The position numbers were made by a program, and so were the translations under genes. From NCBI GenBank assembly GCA_964036045.1, contig OZ038378.1, forward strand, positions 187,550,001 through 187,614,000: 64,000 bases of DNA, given 5' to 3'. Shown piece after piece: positions 27,865 through 38,466 of the stretch. This stretch comes from Eutreptiella sp. 'Long Island Sound 2002'. Lineage: Eukaryota > Protista > Euglenida. Position 1 is the first letter of the stretch. Every line of letters starts with the position of its first letter. A model generated the notes under the pieces. It ran no database searches, was not told the DNA's origin, and saw nothing but the letters and a program-made list of their open reading frames with translations.

Positions 27865-30026
27865 GCTGCTAAACCTGGTAGGTCCACCCTAGACACTAAA
27901 AAGGGTTATAAAACCAAGACTGGTTCCACCAGCTCGGTGACCCTAACCCTAATCAAGACTGAATATTGGGACCGAGCTGGTGGGGGAGGGAACATCAGCT
28001 ATGACTGGTGAGGGACATCGAGAATGATTCACACATTGGGGGAATCTTTGCACTGCGCGCGCACTGCGCGCTACTTTTAGACTATGTTCCCCCGGAAGAG
28101 CCCCCAAGCACACCCCTTGGAAACGCCCTTAGAATTAGGTGACCCAAACTGCCCCAGCTCAAGAAAGATGCAAACCACCTTCCCTGAACATAACACACAT
28201 CATGCACATCTGGAAAGGCCATGCACAGCGCATTGGTCGCCACCCTCAAGAACACACAACTGTCTTTCTGGTCCATTGTCAACTAAGTACACATTGAGAA
28301 TACGCAACTTGTGTGCACAACATGACACAGTTGCAGAATCAAAGAAATGTCACACTGTCACATGTGTGCGTGTCTATGCAATCCGTACAATATTGCAATT
28401 CACACTTGTCACACATGGACATCTTTTCAGGGTCAAACTTGGTGCAACAAAGGGCACAAACATCCCCATCATCACCCACAACATCCTCATCATCATTGTC
28501 CTCCTGTGTAGGTGCGGTCCATACATGTGCAGGTACGTGTTCCCACGGACCATATGGAGGGTACCGTACCTGTCTTCGAATCAAAAATTGCTGCAAATGC
28601 AAGAGTACACGCACGTACTCATGCAACTCCGTACCGGATCCCCTCCATATGCTACGTCATCCCTGCATTCTCGGGGGTCCCCAAAAGAAGGGGAACAAAA
28701 TCAGAAGTCAAAACCTACGCTAGGGGTCACCATGATGCCCCTAGGGGCCCCTAGTATCACAAAGTATGGGTCTCTAGTACGGCCAGACGCCCAAATAGTT
28801 GCACTGCACACGCACTGCGCTTAAGGCTCCCCCATTGATGGCTCTTGACAAAGTGAAATCACCTTGCAAGTGAACCCCATCACCACGAGGCCCACTTTCA
28901 AGGCTTTTTGGACTTCTCAGGGGCCAAAATGCCCCAAAATGGGCTCCAAATGGGCTCATTTCACCTGTTTGTGCACCCCAAATGGTCTACGATGAGTTTT
29001 GGAAAAATGTGTTTTTGACCCATTTCTGACCCATTTTTGGTCCCAAAACAGCCCATTTTCAAGGCATTTTGGGATTTTCGGAGGACCAAAATGAGCCACC
29101 ACAAGCTTAAAACGGTCCAAAAACACTTGTTTTAGCGTCGCACGTGGTCTAGGATCATTTTTGAGAAAAATCATCTTTTTGCCCCTACTGGATGGACCCT
29201 GTTGACCCATTTGGGCACCCACCTGTTTGGAGCTTGCAGCTTGCCGCAGCCTAGTGGGCCTAGGTATTGGGGTGTAGGCGTCCGTTGGGGCAATTCAGAA
29301 GGGTGGAAACCACAAAAAGTGGGGGGTTGTGGGTGGAGTAGGTGCCCTCGGAATCGCATTTTGAGCCATGTAGCCAAAGATATGGCCTATTCTTGGTTTG
29401 TGGCTGTCGGCATTTGGAGTTTCCGGGGGCCTTTTTGGGCCGTTTCCGGGACATATCATGGAGTTAGAGGGCCGCAAAGAGCTCGTTGACACAGGGAAGT
29501 CAAGCCGCACGTGGAGTGTACCCACCGTTTCCCTTCGTTTGGCCGTTTTGAATGTGTTCCAAGGCTTTTTTGGCCCAAAAATGGCTGTTTTTGGCCCTAA
29601 ACTGCAGTTTTTGAAACTGAGGTCCGCCACTTGCGGATCCCGTTCCCGGCCGCCACCGTTGAGTTTCTTGCTCAAACTTTGTGTGATTGTACTTCACACC
29701 CATAGGTATCATCCACCAAAATTTCACCCGAATGTGAAGCACCACGACGGAGTTGTGATTTTTAGCCATTTCGCGCGTGCTGCTTGCTGCTTGCTGCTTG
29801 CTGCTGCTGCTGCTGCTGCTGCTAAACCTGGTAGGTCCACCCTAGACACTAAAAAGGGTTATAAAACCAAGACTGGTTCCACCAGCTCGGTGACCCTAAC
29901 CCTAACCCCCCCCCCTTCACCCCTGGCTGGACGCCCCCCCTGACCCCGGCCAGACCCCCCCCCCGACCCCCGGCAGGAACCCCCCCCCCGACCCCCGGCT
30001 GGACCCCCCCCCCCCCCCCCCCCCCA

Positions 30027-30057
<31 letters not shown>

Positions 30058-33000
30058 AACTGCCCCCCCCCCCCCACAAGTTTTGACAGATAGCTGGGGG
30101 GTATGTCGCATCAGGACCGGTTGTAGTCGCCCCCCGTGCCCGTAAAGGAGCAACAACCAGACGGAATGTCACACAGGGGGGGCGAGTTCGTATATGCTGG
30201 AGGGATATATGTTGGGCTACCCATACCCCCCCCCTCAACATCACCTCTGAGGCATATGAACCTTTTTGGAACAGCAGAGGTCCTGAAAGTGTTCTCAAAG
30301 CCCCCCTTTCCCCTCCTTCCCCCCACCTCTCCTCCAGGATGATGGAAATGGAGGAACCAGAGGAGCCAGAGGAGCTCTGGGACAGCGAGGCAGAAGGGGC
30401 AGGTGGTGATGGGTCGCCGGACAGTGACAGTGATGACGCGGACAGTGACGAGGAGCACTTGCTCAAATGGAGGAGCTAATTGAGGGCAGCATAGTGAGTA
30501 AATGCATCCAGCAGTGCGTGTGTTTTCAGTTCGTCATTGCAAAGAGTTGCCTAGTTTGCAGTTGTGTTCCAATGAGTTGCTGAAAGCAGGCCTGTTCACC
30601 ACGTCCAATCACTGGCTGTGGTGTCGCTGGTGCTTCGGTGCATGGTGATTGATTCATTGCTCCCCTCCACAAATGAATTGCCCCCCGACCCATGACCCAT
30701 GGGAAAGGGCCGATAGACCCCGAGGTGGAGGATTCGAACCTGAGGTTTGACACCGGTACTTGGAAACACGCCTCGTCGTGCACGTGTTGGCGAATGGTCC
30801 TTGGAGATCGGATGCATTCCCAGAAACTCCCACCACGAGGGGGCGGATGGCGATGAGACGAGAGCGTTCCTGCTCCTCCCTCACCCGAAACGAGTGGTGC
30901 ATGCCCAGTCGTGCAGTGTAATGTGGCAGACGCCGGCAGGTCTGATGGCTTTTTCTGCAGTTATCTTCTCGAGAACAACCAAGACCCTGTTGCACCGAAG
31001 ACATACGTTGAGTACATTACAAAGTGCATCTCCTGCAATTATCTGCCTCGATTGGACGTGCAATGGACACCCGAAAGGTGCGTGAAAAGAGCTGTGCACC
31101 TGTAGACCCCCACGTCGGGAGGCATCGACCACAGTGAGGCTGGCACTAGTGGGGGACAGTGTTAAGACGGCAAAAAGGGCCCGGGGCTAAGGTGTACTGG
31201 AAACAAGTCGCCACTACAGGACGGACATCGCCGCGGTGTCAATACATGTCACAAAAGCACTGCGATGTGAGTACAGCTGTGATGGGCCACAAGAGCGCAG
31301 TTGATCATTGATGGGCAGGTCACGCGAATGACAGGCACGGGACACCGAACGTCCTACACCGTACCTATCCAGCCTTCATGGAGCTGGAGCCCCAAGTCTC
31401 CCCCAGGGGCCGACACATCAGGCCTTGAATGAAAAAATCAAATTTGTCACTGCAGAAAGCTTTTTTTGGGGCCATATTTGGGACATGATTTCTTGCTTCT
31501 GGATCTCAGAGCCCCCACCCCACGCCTCTGCCCCTCCACCAGGTCTGCCCAGCCTCATTGGCAGTACCGTGCAAATTCTAAAGATTTGCGAAAATAATTA
31601 ATTCCTGGCACAAGGTGTTGTTGTCCGCAAAAAAAAGAAACGCAAAAAAAATTAATTATTGGATTCATGCCTTACGCAAAAATGGGTTCCGCGAAAAAAA
31701 TCGCAAAAATAAAATAATTTTTGCCCCTGCCCCCCTTTTTGCAAGAATGCCAGAATTGCGCTCCAGAAAATGGGAGTGCTGCCAGGGCATGCGAACCTGC
31801 TATTGCAGCGTGCTCGCAAACCCTCTGATGCGCAGCCAGCCCCAAAGCAACCGAAGGCCAGTTCTGCCCCGAAGCCTGCCCCAAAGGCAGTGGGATTTTT
31901 CGCGGGGAGGAGTGTTTTGTACACTTGTGGCAACGGGGCAACGGTTCGGGCCAAGGCGGTGAAAAATCATGGGAATGGCAAATATGATATCCAGTTCCAA
32001 CAGGATGGCAATGATGTGGTCCGCCTTTCTGTGCCTAGGGCCAAATTGCGAATTGCATAGGTGACCTTTTGTGTGTTCATCGTATTTCTCTTTCACAGCC
32101 GTGTACAGTGCTGTGGTTTTCTTGTTGTCTGATCCTGCAGACTTTTCTGTGGCATATTTTCAGCATTTCATGCACAAAAGGAATCAACCCCAATCCCCAA
32201 AATGCAAAAAAAAACCGCAAAAAATTTTTAATTTTTGGTCCAACACCCTACGCAAGAATAGGTTCCGCGGAAAAAAAAATCGCAAAAAAAAGATTTTTTT
32301 GCCGATTTTTGCCCATTTTGGATGCTGCCGCAAAATTTTTGCTTATTATTAATTCAAAACACCCAACCCAAAATTAGGATTCCGCGAAACTTTAGGATTC
32401 GCACGGTACTTACTCTGACCCAACCCTTCCGGCCCCCGCCCTCTCCCAACACCCTCCCCATGCCTCTCTTGAGCAGAACTACCAAGCCTCCATTAGACTC
32501 CTGAGGTGCAGCAGACCCTCTGGGACTCTGGCCCTAGTGCAGCCATGGCTACTGCTGTTCCGAGTCTGAGTGCGCCACATTGGAATCCCATGTCTGTTTC
32601 TTTGGGACTGCACCAGGGCGACAACAGGCCTTTTCACAAGCACAGACTGCCGCTTTCTGCAGCTAAGATCCCTCCCCGACTGTGTTCTGGCCACGGATGC
32701 ATACACCATTGACGGAATTGTTTTGGTGATTGCCCGGGTGGCAGGGGGTCGGAGCCCGATCACCAAATGCCGCGCCCCTGTTCGAGCATCCCTGCCTCTA
32801 CCCTTCCTTGTGTGCAGTACCCACCAGCCCGGTGTTCCGCTTGTGTGCAGGGGCTGGGGGCTGTTTGCCGCAGAGGAGTTGCTGCTGTTCGATTTCCTCG
32901 GGGTGTACACTGGACGGTTGCATTTCCTGGACGACATTCCTACGGAAGAGAGGCTGAAGAACGCGTACCTCTGCACCTTCCCTGCGAAGGAGAAAGGGTT

Positions 33001-33226
33001 GGTTGCCAACGCAGAGTCGCACGGGAACTACACCCGCTTCGTCAACCATGACGAGACGCACAACATTTTCTGTATTCACCTGAACATTAACAAAGTGCCG
33101 TATATGGCGCTGGTGTCATCTGGGTGCTCAGCTGGGGCAGAGATATTGTGGAACTACGGTCAGAATTACAACAAGAATTGGGAGGGGGTGGATGAGGCAG
33201 ATGGGATTGAGGAGGGCAGCGGTTGA
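20400..33226 (+). CDS. SET-domain protein lysine methyltransferase, join(20400-20711,22487-22572,24481-24693,30961-31077,32851-33226), 367 aa
   Basis: All four introns are GT-AG with matching phases (0,2,2,2). Spliced product reads ...LPRLDVQWTPER|GWGLFAAEELLLFDFLGVYTG...ANAESHGNYTRFVNH...EILWNYG, i.e. the SET GxG, RFxNH and ELxxxYG motifs; no post-SET cysteines. Confidence 0.85.
20469..20624 (+). repeat. 39-bp coding tandem repeat x4 (EKQQTE[C/G]EPSGTK)
   Basis: Alternating TGC/GGC variants give a 78-bp higher-order unit; in frame with exon 1. Confidence 0.9.
22487..22572 (+). CDS. SET gene exon 2
   Basis: TTGTTTTCCTTTTCAG|VSLPHVQKRLTINGKCRSLQEMMTTVNTK|GTATGT; phase 0 in, phase 2 out. Confidence 0.75.
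23724..24027 (+). mobile_element. Family D MITE, copy 1 (in SET intron 2)
   Basis: TIR CnTTGCGCAAGCACC / GGTGCTTGTGCAAGGn; homologous to 51459-51725; contains TTTTCAG|CCATG and a truncated ORF start at 23964. Confidence 0.85.
24481..24693 (+). CDS. SET gene exon 3
   Basis: TGTTGTTCAG|YGSTLWQKYIERHEVSPEV...FLLPKLN|GTATTG; 213 nt, phase 2/2. Confidence 0.8.
26735..26804 (+). repeat. Degenerate interstitial telomeric (CCCTAA/CCCTAG)n
   Basis: About 10 CCCTAA/CCCTAG units directly abutting the 1.14-kb element. Confidence 0.85.
26805..27940 (-). mobile_element. Telomere-repeat-inserted non-coding element, unit 1 (1136 bp)
   Basis: Flanked on both sides by CCCTAA; near-identical second unit follows after (CCCTAA)2; 13-bp asymmetric inverted repeat ACCGAGCTGGTGG (26823-35 / 27926-38). 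Strand is arbitrary (TTAGGG strand). Confidence 0.75.
28038..28833 (-). mobile_element. Family A element, copy 2
   Basis: ATT|GGGGG...CCCCC|ATT; the paralogous empty site CACACATTGATGGCTC at 26882-26897 has a single ATT. Confidence 0.92.
28339..28503 (-). pseudogene. PHD/zinc-finger-like exon carried by element A2
   Basis: CAG|EDNDDEDVVGDDGDVCALCCTKFDPEKMSMCDKCELQYCTDCIDTHTCDSVTFL*, with Cx2C..Cx2Cx4Cx2C..HxC spacing; upstream 66-nt GT-AG intron (28504-28569) and 21-nt mini-exon. Confidence 0.55.
29906..30076 (+). repeat. C-rich tract with ~31-bp GACCCCCCCCCGACCCCCGGC units and long C runs (G-quadruplex-prone on the minus strand)
   Basis: Direct reading; follows the last CCCTAA. Confidence 0.8.
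30338..30479 (+). CDS. Candidate alternative terminal exon (acidic) within SET intron 3
   Basis: 36-nt pyrimidine tract + CAG, phase 2 as in intron 3; MMEMEEPEEPEELWDSEAEG...DSDSDDADSDEEHLLKWRS*. Confidence 0.35.
30961..31077 (+). CDS. SET gene exon 4
   Basis: TTTTTCTGCAG|YLLENNQDPVAPKTYVEYITKCISCNYLPRLDVQWTPER|GTGCGT; 117 nt, phase 2/2; supplies the first SET beta-strand. Confidence 0.88.
31567..32406 (+). mobile_element. TA-flanked non-autonomous TIR element (Tc1/mariner/pogo-like) in SET intron 4
   Basis: TA|CCGTGC...GCACGG|TA; 27-bp TIR with 22/27 identity; ~105-bp A-rich internal direct repeats (31621-31730, 32200-32305). Confidence 0.88.
31770..32060 (+). CDS. 96-aa cargo ORF: Lys/Pro/Ala linker + Tudor/SH3-barrel-like domain
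   Basis: Intact ATG-to-stop; PAPKQPKASSAPKPAPK then FFAGRSVLYTCGNGATVRAKAVKNHGNGKYDIQFQQDG; pyrimidine tract and CAG 3 nt before the ATG. Confidence 0.5.
   Translation: MGVLPGHANLLLQRARKPSDAQPAPKQPKASSAPKPAPKAVGFFAGRSVLYTCGNGATVRAKAVKNHGNGKYDIQFQQDGNDVVRLSVPRAKLRIA
32851..33226 (+). CDS. SET gene exon 5 (catalytic core)
   Basis: TTGTGTGCAG|GWGLFAAEE...GNYTRFVNH...AGAEILWNYG...*. Confidence 0.92.
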
Positions 33227-33267
33227 CCAGGCACAGGCAACGAGAAGTCTGGCAATACCTGGGAAGA

Positions 33268-33610
33268 TGGATGGTATAGAGTAATGGTATGCAGTGACGG
33301 CACAGAGTGGTTGCATAGAGTAATGCTAAAGTGTGATGGTATTGAGTTATGCGACAGTACACAGTGATATCGAGTACTGCTACAGAGTGATGGAGGAGGG
33401 TATTGCCATAGAGTGGTGGCACAGAGTAATGCTCTAGGGTGATGGTACAGAGTGATGCATAGAGCACAGGGTAATGCACAGAGCAATTCTGTAAAGATAT
33501 GGTGCAAGAGCAGTGTGGGAGAGTGATGGTACAGAGTAATGCTGGTGTTGATTAATGCCATAGAGTCATGGTACAGGATGGTGTCGATTAATGCAATAGA
33601 GTGATGATGA
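33268..33610 (+). repeat. Degenerate ~13-bp minisatellite (GTGATGGYACAGA-like)
   Basis: Recurring AGAGT(G/A)ATG(G/C) units just 3' of the SET stop codon. Confidence 0.75.
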
Positions 33611-36443
33611 GGATTCATGCTATGGGGTGATGGTATGCAGCAATGTGAACAACACAGTAATAGTCTCGGATCTGCACTTGTCCATGGGTTCCCCTGTCCA
33701 GGGGGGCAGGGGGTTAATGCTGTATGGATCCTTAATGCCTTGACCACAACCCGCCGCCATAGAGAAACAGAAATGGTGGGGTCAAGACAGCGGCTTGGCG
33801 GACCTTCAGGAGAAGATTGACGCTGCATCATGCGGTGAAGAAAAAACGGTGACTGTCCAGGGCCCCGTAAAGAAACCACAAATGGACTATATGTCACACA
33901 GGGGGTTCAGGGATGGGCTGCACTGACCTTGGGGGATATCATGTGATCGGGAGATGACGAAAAGCGGCTGAAAAGATGAAATATTTCGCATATTTCCATG
34001 TATTTCTGCATTTCCCCCGACGATTGCCCTGAACCCATGGGAATCCGGTCCCGGTCAAGCCAACCCTCCCCCACCCCCTCCCCCAAAGGGCCCTTTGGCT
34101 GCCGGCTGTCTGTCCACCAATGGGCTGTACATAGATATTTCATCTGACAAACACCACCCCCCTCTCTCAGGGCCAATTGTTGGATGGATAGTGCAGGCGA
34201 GGGGGGGGGTGGGGGCGCCGACTGCAGATTCCCGTGCCTGAGCCCCTGTTGAGGGGTGAGGCCCATTCACATGGAACAGCAGGTCAAGGCGCATCGTGTC
34301 AGGGCGGCATGGAGTGTGCCATCCGCCGTGCTGGGCTGGGCTGGGCTGGTAGCTCAGAACACACCATACTCACAGTCGTCAACCCCCGTCACTTCATGAC
34401 TCTGCCGGGGGCAGCTGGATAACGTATGCAGTCCAAGCCGTTTGCCCTGCCAGGCCTCGCTGGGGCGTGGACCCCAGGTGGGCAGTATGCTGCAATCACG
34501 AGCAGCGGGGCCGACATTCCAGTAAACTGCACTAACCCCCTCCCCCACCCCTTGGGTGGGTCGGTTGGTTGGTTGGCTGTTAGGGTCAGCCGAGCGGGCC
34601 CCCACTTTTCTCCCATTTTTTGAACCCGCCCCATCCACCCTCAACCCAGTGGGTGGACAGCCAACCCGCCTATCCACAGGTGGAGGATTCCCGACTCAAA
34701 AGTGAAAAAGTGCGTGCACCAGGAAGTACCAGGGGGGAGTGCGCACTTGTTGGGGTTCTGCGTAGTTCTGCGTGGCCCCATTGCTGTGCTGGGGGTTCGT
34801 ATGGTTGGTGGGTGAAGCCTTTCGGTGCTGGTGGTGGAGAGGGCTTCGATTCGGTTGGCCGAGGGGGGCAGGTGCTGGTTGCAGGTTGCAGCGAGGAATG
34901 AAGCGCGCCTGCGCATCTGCCTCTTTCGGAGCGCCCTTGTCAGACATCTCTTTTGGCAGCATGACAGCTGCTGTCATGTTTGGGCCGAATTTGGGGTTCG
35001 GCCCAAATATTGCCTAAACTGCACGCAAAGAAAAATTGCTAGACCTCGCTAAGCGACAATCTAGGCCCAAAGTCACTATAGGCGTCAAAGTCGGGACCAC
35101 ATGCCCTAACCCTTGTCCCTTAGTTGAACCAAAACCCCTCCGGATTTGAGAATGGCGCCTTCGCCAACATGGGTCATGGTGCCGGGTGCCTCCAATTGGC
35201 GATCGCTCTGGGGGTCTCCCGCTGCCGACATAACTCTCCTCCTGTTGGTGAGGCAAGGGGCAGCAGGTGGGTGCTGAGATGGCGGGGCAGTGCATACTGC
35301 AAACCCCCCCCACTTGTTGCCTTCCAGGGTTTGGTGAGATTGGGGCCATGCCAGGCTTCTAAAGGGGCATTTCAGTCCCTGAGGGGCTTCCGCATTGCTG
35401 GAGTGTGGCCCTTGTAGCGGCGTGTTTTCCAGTGGGATGGCCTACCAACAAATGTCGATGGTGCTGGGGGGCAGGGCATTGTGAATCCGTGTCGTGGATT
35501 TCTGCTCGAATCGAAAGGTTTCCACCGCAGCTATTTAAGGAAACCATCAATTTTTCTTTCAAAGTTGTACAAGGTCACACCACCTACTGATACGGGGTTC
35601 TGGTGCAGTCCCTATTTGGGGACCAAATATTTGATCGTCATGGCTGTGCTTGTTTCGCACTTGTGTGCACTTGGGTGTGCAGGATGGCACCACCCCCTCC
35701 TTGCGCAACCACTGCCTTGCGCAACCACTGCCTTGCGCAACAACCAGCCAAACGGCGCTTCAAACGGCGCTTCTTCTGGCACTACTTGATAAACCATGGT
35801 GTCATCCAACCACCAGCTGGTCAAACGCTGCTTTTTGGCAAACACTGTCCAGTGCTCACCCGCTGGTCAAACGGTGAAACATTGCTGCACCGGAGGGTGG
35901 GGGGGGGGGTTTAGGACAAAACATGAACCCACACCCCTTTGCCTCCCCTTTGAGGTGGAAGGGGGGGGGGGGGGGTTGTGGGTGGCTGGACCCCACCGAA
36001 GGCCCAGTGCCAGTACGGCGGCGCCACACCCCATGGCCCAACAGAATCCCTGCCCCCTTCCCTGGGACGGTCACTAAGCAGTACCCTTCTTCGAGGGCCC
36101 ATCCCCAAAACAATGCAGTCGCCCCTACCGGTCCGAAGGCATGCGTTGTGTACGTCACTTTCTGCCTGCCACTGTACAATACTCTGCTCCGGCTCGTCTC
36201 GGAGCGCATGTACGCGAACTCAGAATCGGCAATAATGGCGGGGTCGCCTGTCCTGCTGTCCATCCGACTCGGACCTGATCTTCCGTTGGATGGCGTTCAT
36301 GTGGACCAAACGGTTGCTGGCCAACAGAGAGCACGGACCCTGCCTGTCCTATTCACGAAGCGTCATGGGCCAAGTGGACTGCTGGTGGTGTTGATTGCAT
36401 GGCGAGTGGACTCGACGGAGGCGGTCCTTGTGTTGCTTGGATT

Positions 36444-36745
36444 GAGGGCGCTCTTGCCACGGTGCGCGCGCAGTGCGCGCGCGGTACCCTCCGAGTGGTA
36501 ATTGCAACCATCAACAAGGAACAAAAACGGAACAAAAACTACCCTGAAGCCTTTGGGAATTATTGGCAACCATACAAAAACCCCAGGAAGACAGGTGGTC
36601 GCCTTGCAACTGAGGTTTTCCAGGATTCTATGGGCTGTTTGGGTGGGGAAATCTTGGGATGGTTCCCCGGTGTTTGGCCACTAATAGTTGCCCCCGCTGC
36701 GGACGCGGTGCACGCGCGGTGTGCGCGTGGTGCAACAACTCCCAC
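36444..36745 (+). mobile_element. Family C minimal element (302 bp, 3-bp TSD)
   Basis: ATT|GAGGGCGCTCTTGCCACGGTGCGCGCGCAGTGC...GGTGCAACAACTCCCAC|ATT; both ends homologous to 51403-52524. Confidence 0.8.
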
Positions 36746-38466
36746 ATTGAAGCGACCAGTGCATGCAAGGCTGAGGGCTGGGCCCTTAGCCAGGGCCAGG
36801 CGGATTGCTTCTACATCCGGGGGCTGAGGAGGACTAGGGGCGCACCAGAAGTGTCGCCCATTGGGTCTTTTTTGGGGGAGGGGGCGGGTTGATGTGGGGA
36901 GGGAGAGTCGGCCAGCGGAGACCATGTCCCAACTTTGCCGGTGGTATGTGCCCCAAAGGGTCCGGAGAATGGGAGCACTTTGCGAGGATCCTGACGCTGC
37001 ACGTCTGAGTTGAGGGTAAGGCCGGGGCAGAGAGGGTATTCTGGAGTGTCTGGTACCAGAAGGAGGTCTGTGAGTGTGAGGGTGAGGTGCGCCATGCTTT
37101 GGAGCACCACCTGCACTGATTGATGATCCTCTGGAGCGGGGGTCGTCGTTCTGCCGGGCCGGAGTACCATCCCGGAGGGAGAGCAACTCACCTCTGTAGT
37201 CACAAGGGGAGGCAGGGAGTGGGGGATTTTCTCTACTGTATTGTACGCGAGGGGTGGGGAAAGCACAGGACGTGTGCTGTGCATTGTTGGCTGCCTTTCT
37301 TGCTTGGCGGCTGAAACACTACCGCTGCTACCTCCCCGGGGGACCTACAATCTGTGGGAGGTGCCAGACGGTGCCCTGCTGACAATCTGTGGCGCAATTC
37401 CGCCGCGTTTATTGTTGGAGCACAATGCACAAGTATGCCAGAGTGACTCTGGAGGGTGGCCACCATCGTCAGTTTGCCAGTTGTCCATTGTCCATTGTCT
37501 CTTGTCAGTTGGCCAAGACACGGCTTGTTCAACATACAGAGGGCGCATGTATGGCACTAATTGGGCAGCAAATCACCTCGAAGAGAGGTTTTTGATTCGG
37601 TCCCGAGTCTCAAAGGTGAAGAAACGTGCTTGGGTTGCGTGTTTCAGCCGTTCGTTGGTTGCAGTCGTTGTATGTATGTGGTTCGGGCACCGTTCTTTTT
37701 GTTTGAGTCACAACACTATTATGTCCAGCATTTGACAACAGCACTTAACATTCTTTAATGCACCTGGTAGACGTGGTAGACAGGTGGTGAACACATGCAC
37801 AAATGGAACATGTACCCGCTCGCAACAAGCAGCCATCGGAGTGTGGTGATGCTTTTGTGGTCATTGAATGCATAACGAGAGCCCACCCCCCCCCCACCAG
37901 GGCTCCTTTAACAACTCAGAATGTGGGGTGGGGTGCGCCCCCCCCCCCCCCCTGGACCGCCCCCCTCCTCTTTCAAAGGTTTGGCCAAATTTTCTTCCGG
38001 GCCTTCGGCCGATCAAAAATTTTCTCTGGCGCCAATTCGCCTAAACCAAAAATTTTCTTCGGCGACTTTGGCGCCTCTTAAAATTCAGCAGCACTGGTTG
38101 GGGGCGGGGGGGGGCGGGGCTGGACCCTCCCCTTAAGGAGCACTCCCCCCCCCCTCCATACCCCGCAATGCCATCATACAGTGACCACACGCTTCCTACC
38201 ACCGCGTTTGTGACAGATGTTGTCATGCTTCCTCTTGGATCGTACTGCAGCGAAACTGAGGTACCCCGTAGTTGACCGCATTCAGGCACGTCACACAAGG
38301 TCCTGATAGTCAAGCACGGCTGCTCTGCCCCCACGTGCCCTGCGCGGATTGCACGTACACCGCGCCGGTCGCAACCCCCAGTACCTCCACCGCCGTTGAA
38401 GACCAACAAACACGTGGCGTCTGTGCACTGCCTGCGACTGGCCGAGGTCGATCTGACCATAGCGCT

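Larger units (their letters stand above)
27953..29893 (-). mobile_element. Telomere-repeat-inserted element, unit 2 (interrupted by element A2)
   Basis: 1142 bp after removing the 796-bp insert and its TSD; ends CCACCAGCTCGGTGA|CCCTAACCCTAA. Confidence 0.75.

Noticed and set aside
30700-30800. tRNA B-box-like GGTTCGAATCC on the minus strand (also GGTTCGATCCC near 56850)
   Set aside because: No cloverleaf, acceptor stem or A box could be built; at most degenerate SINE remnants
32570-32850. 5' extension of the 218-aa SET ORF in the track
   Set aside because: Intronic; the SET N-terminal strand is supplied by exon 30961-31077 through a phase-matched junction
26422-33871. ~45-bp similarity (ACGGTGAC[C/T]GTCCAGGGCCCCGTAAA) at 26422-26467 and 33825-33871
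   Set aside because: Too short to define an element within this window
38272-38466. Upstream extension of the BART ORF (296-aa track call)
   Set aside because: Non-ATG start and no coding-like composition; an AG acceptor and ATG lie at 38461-38469
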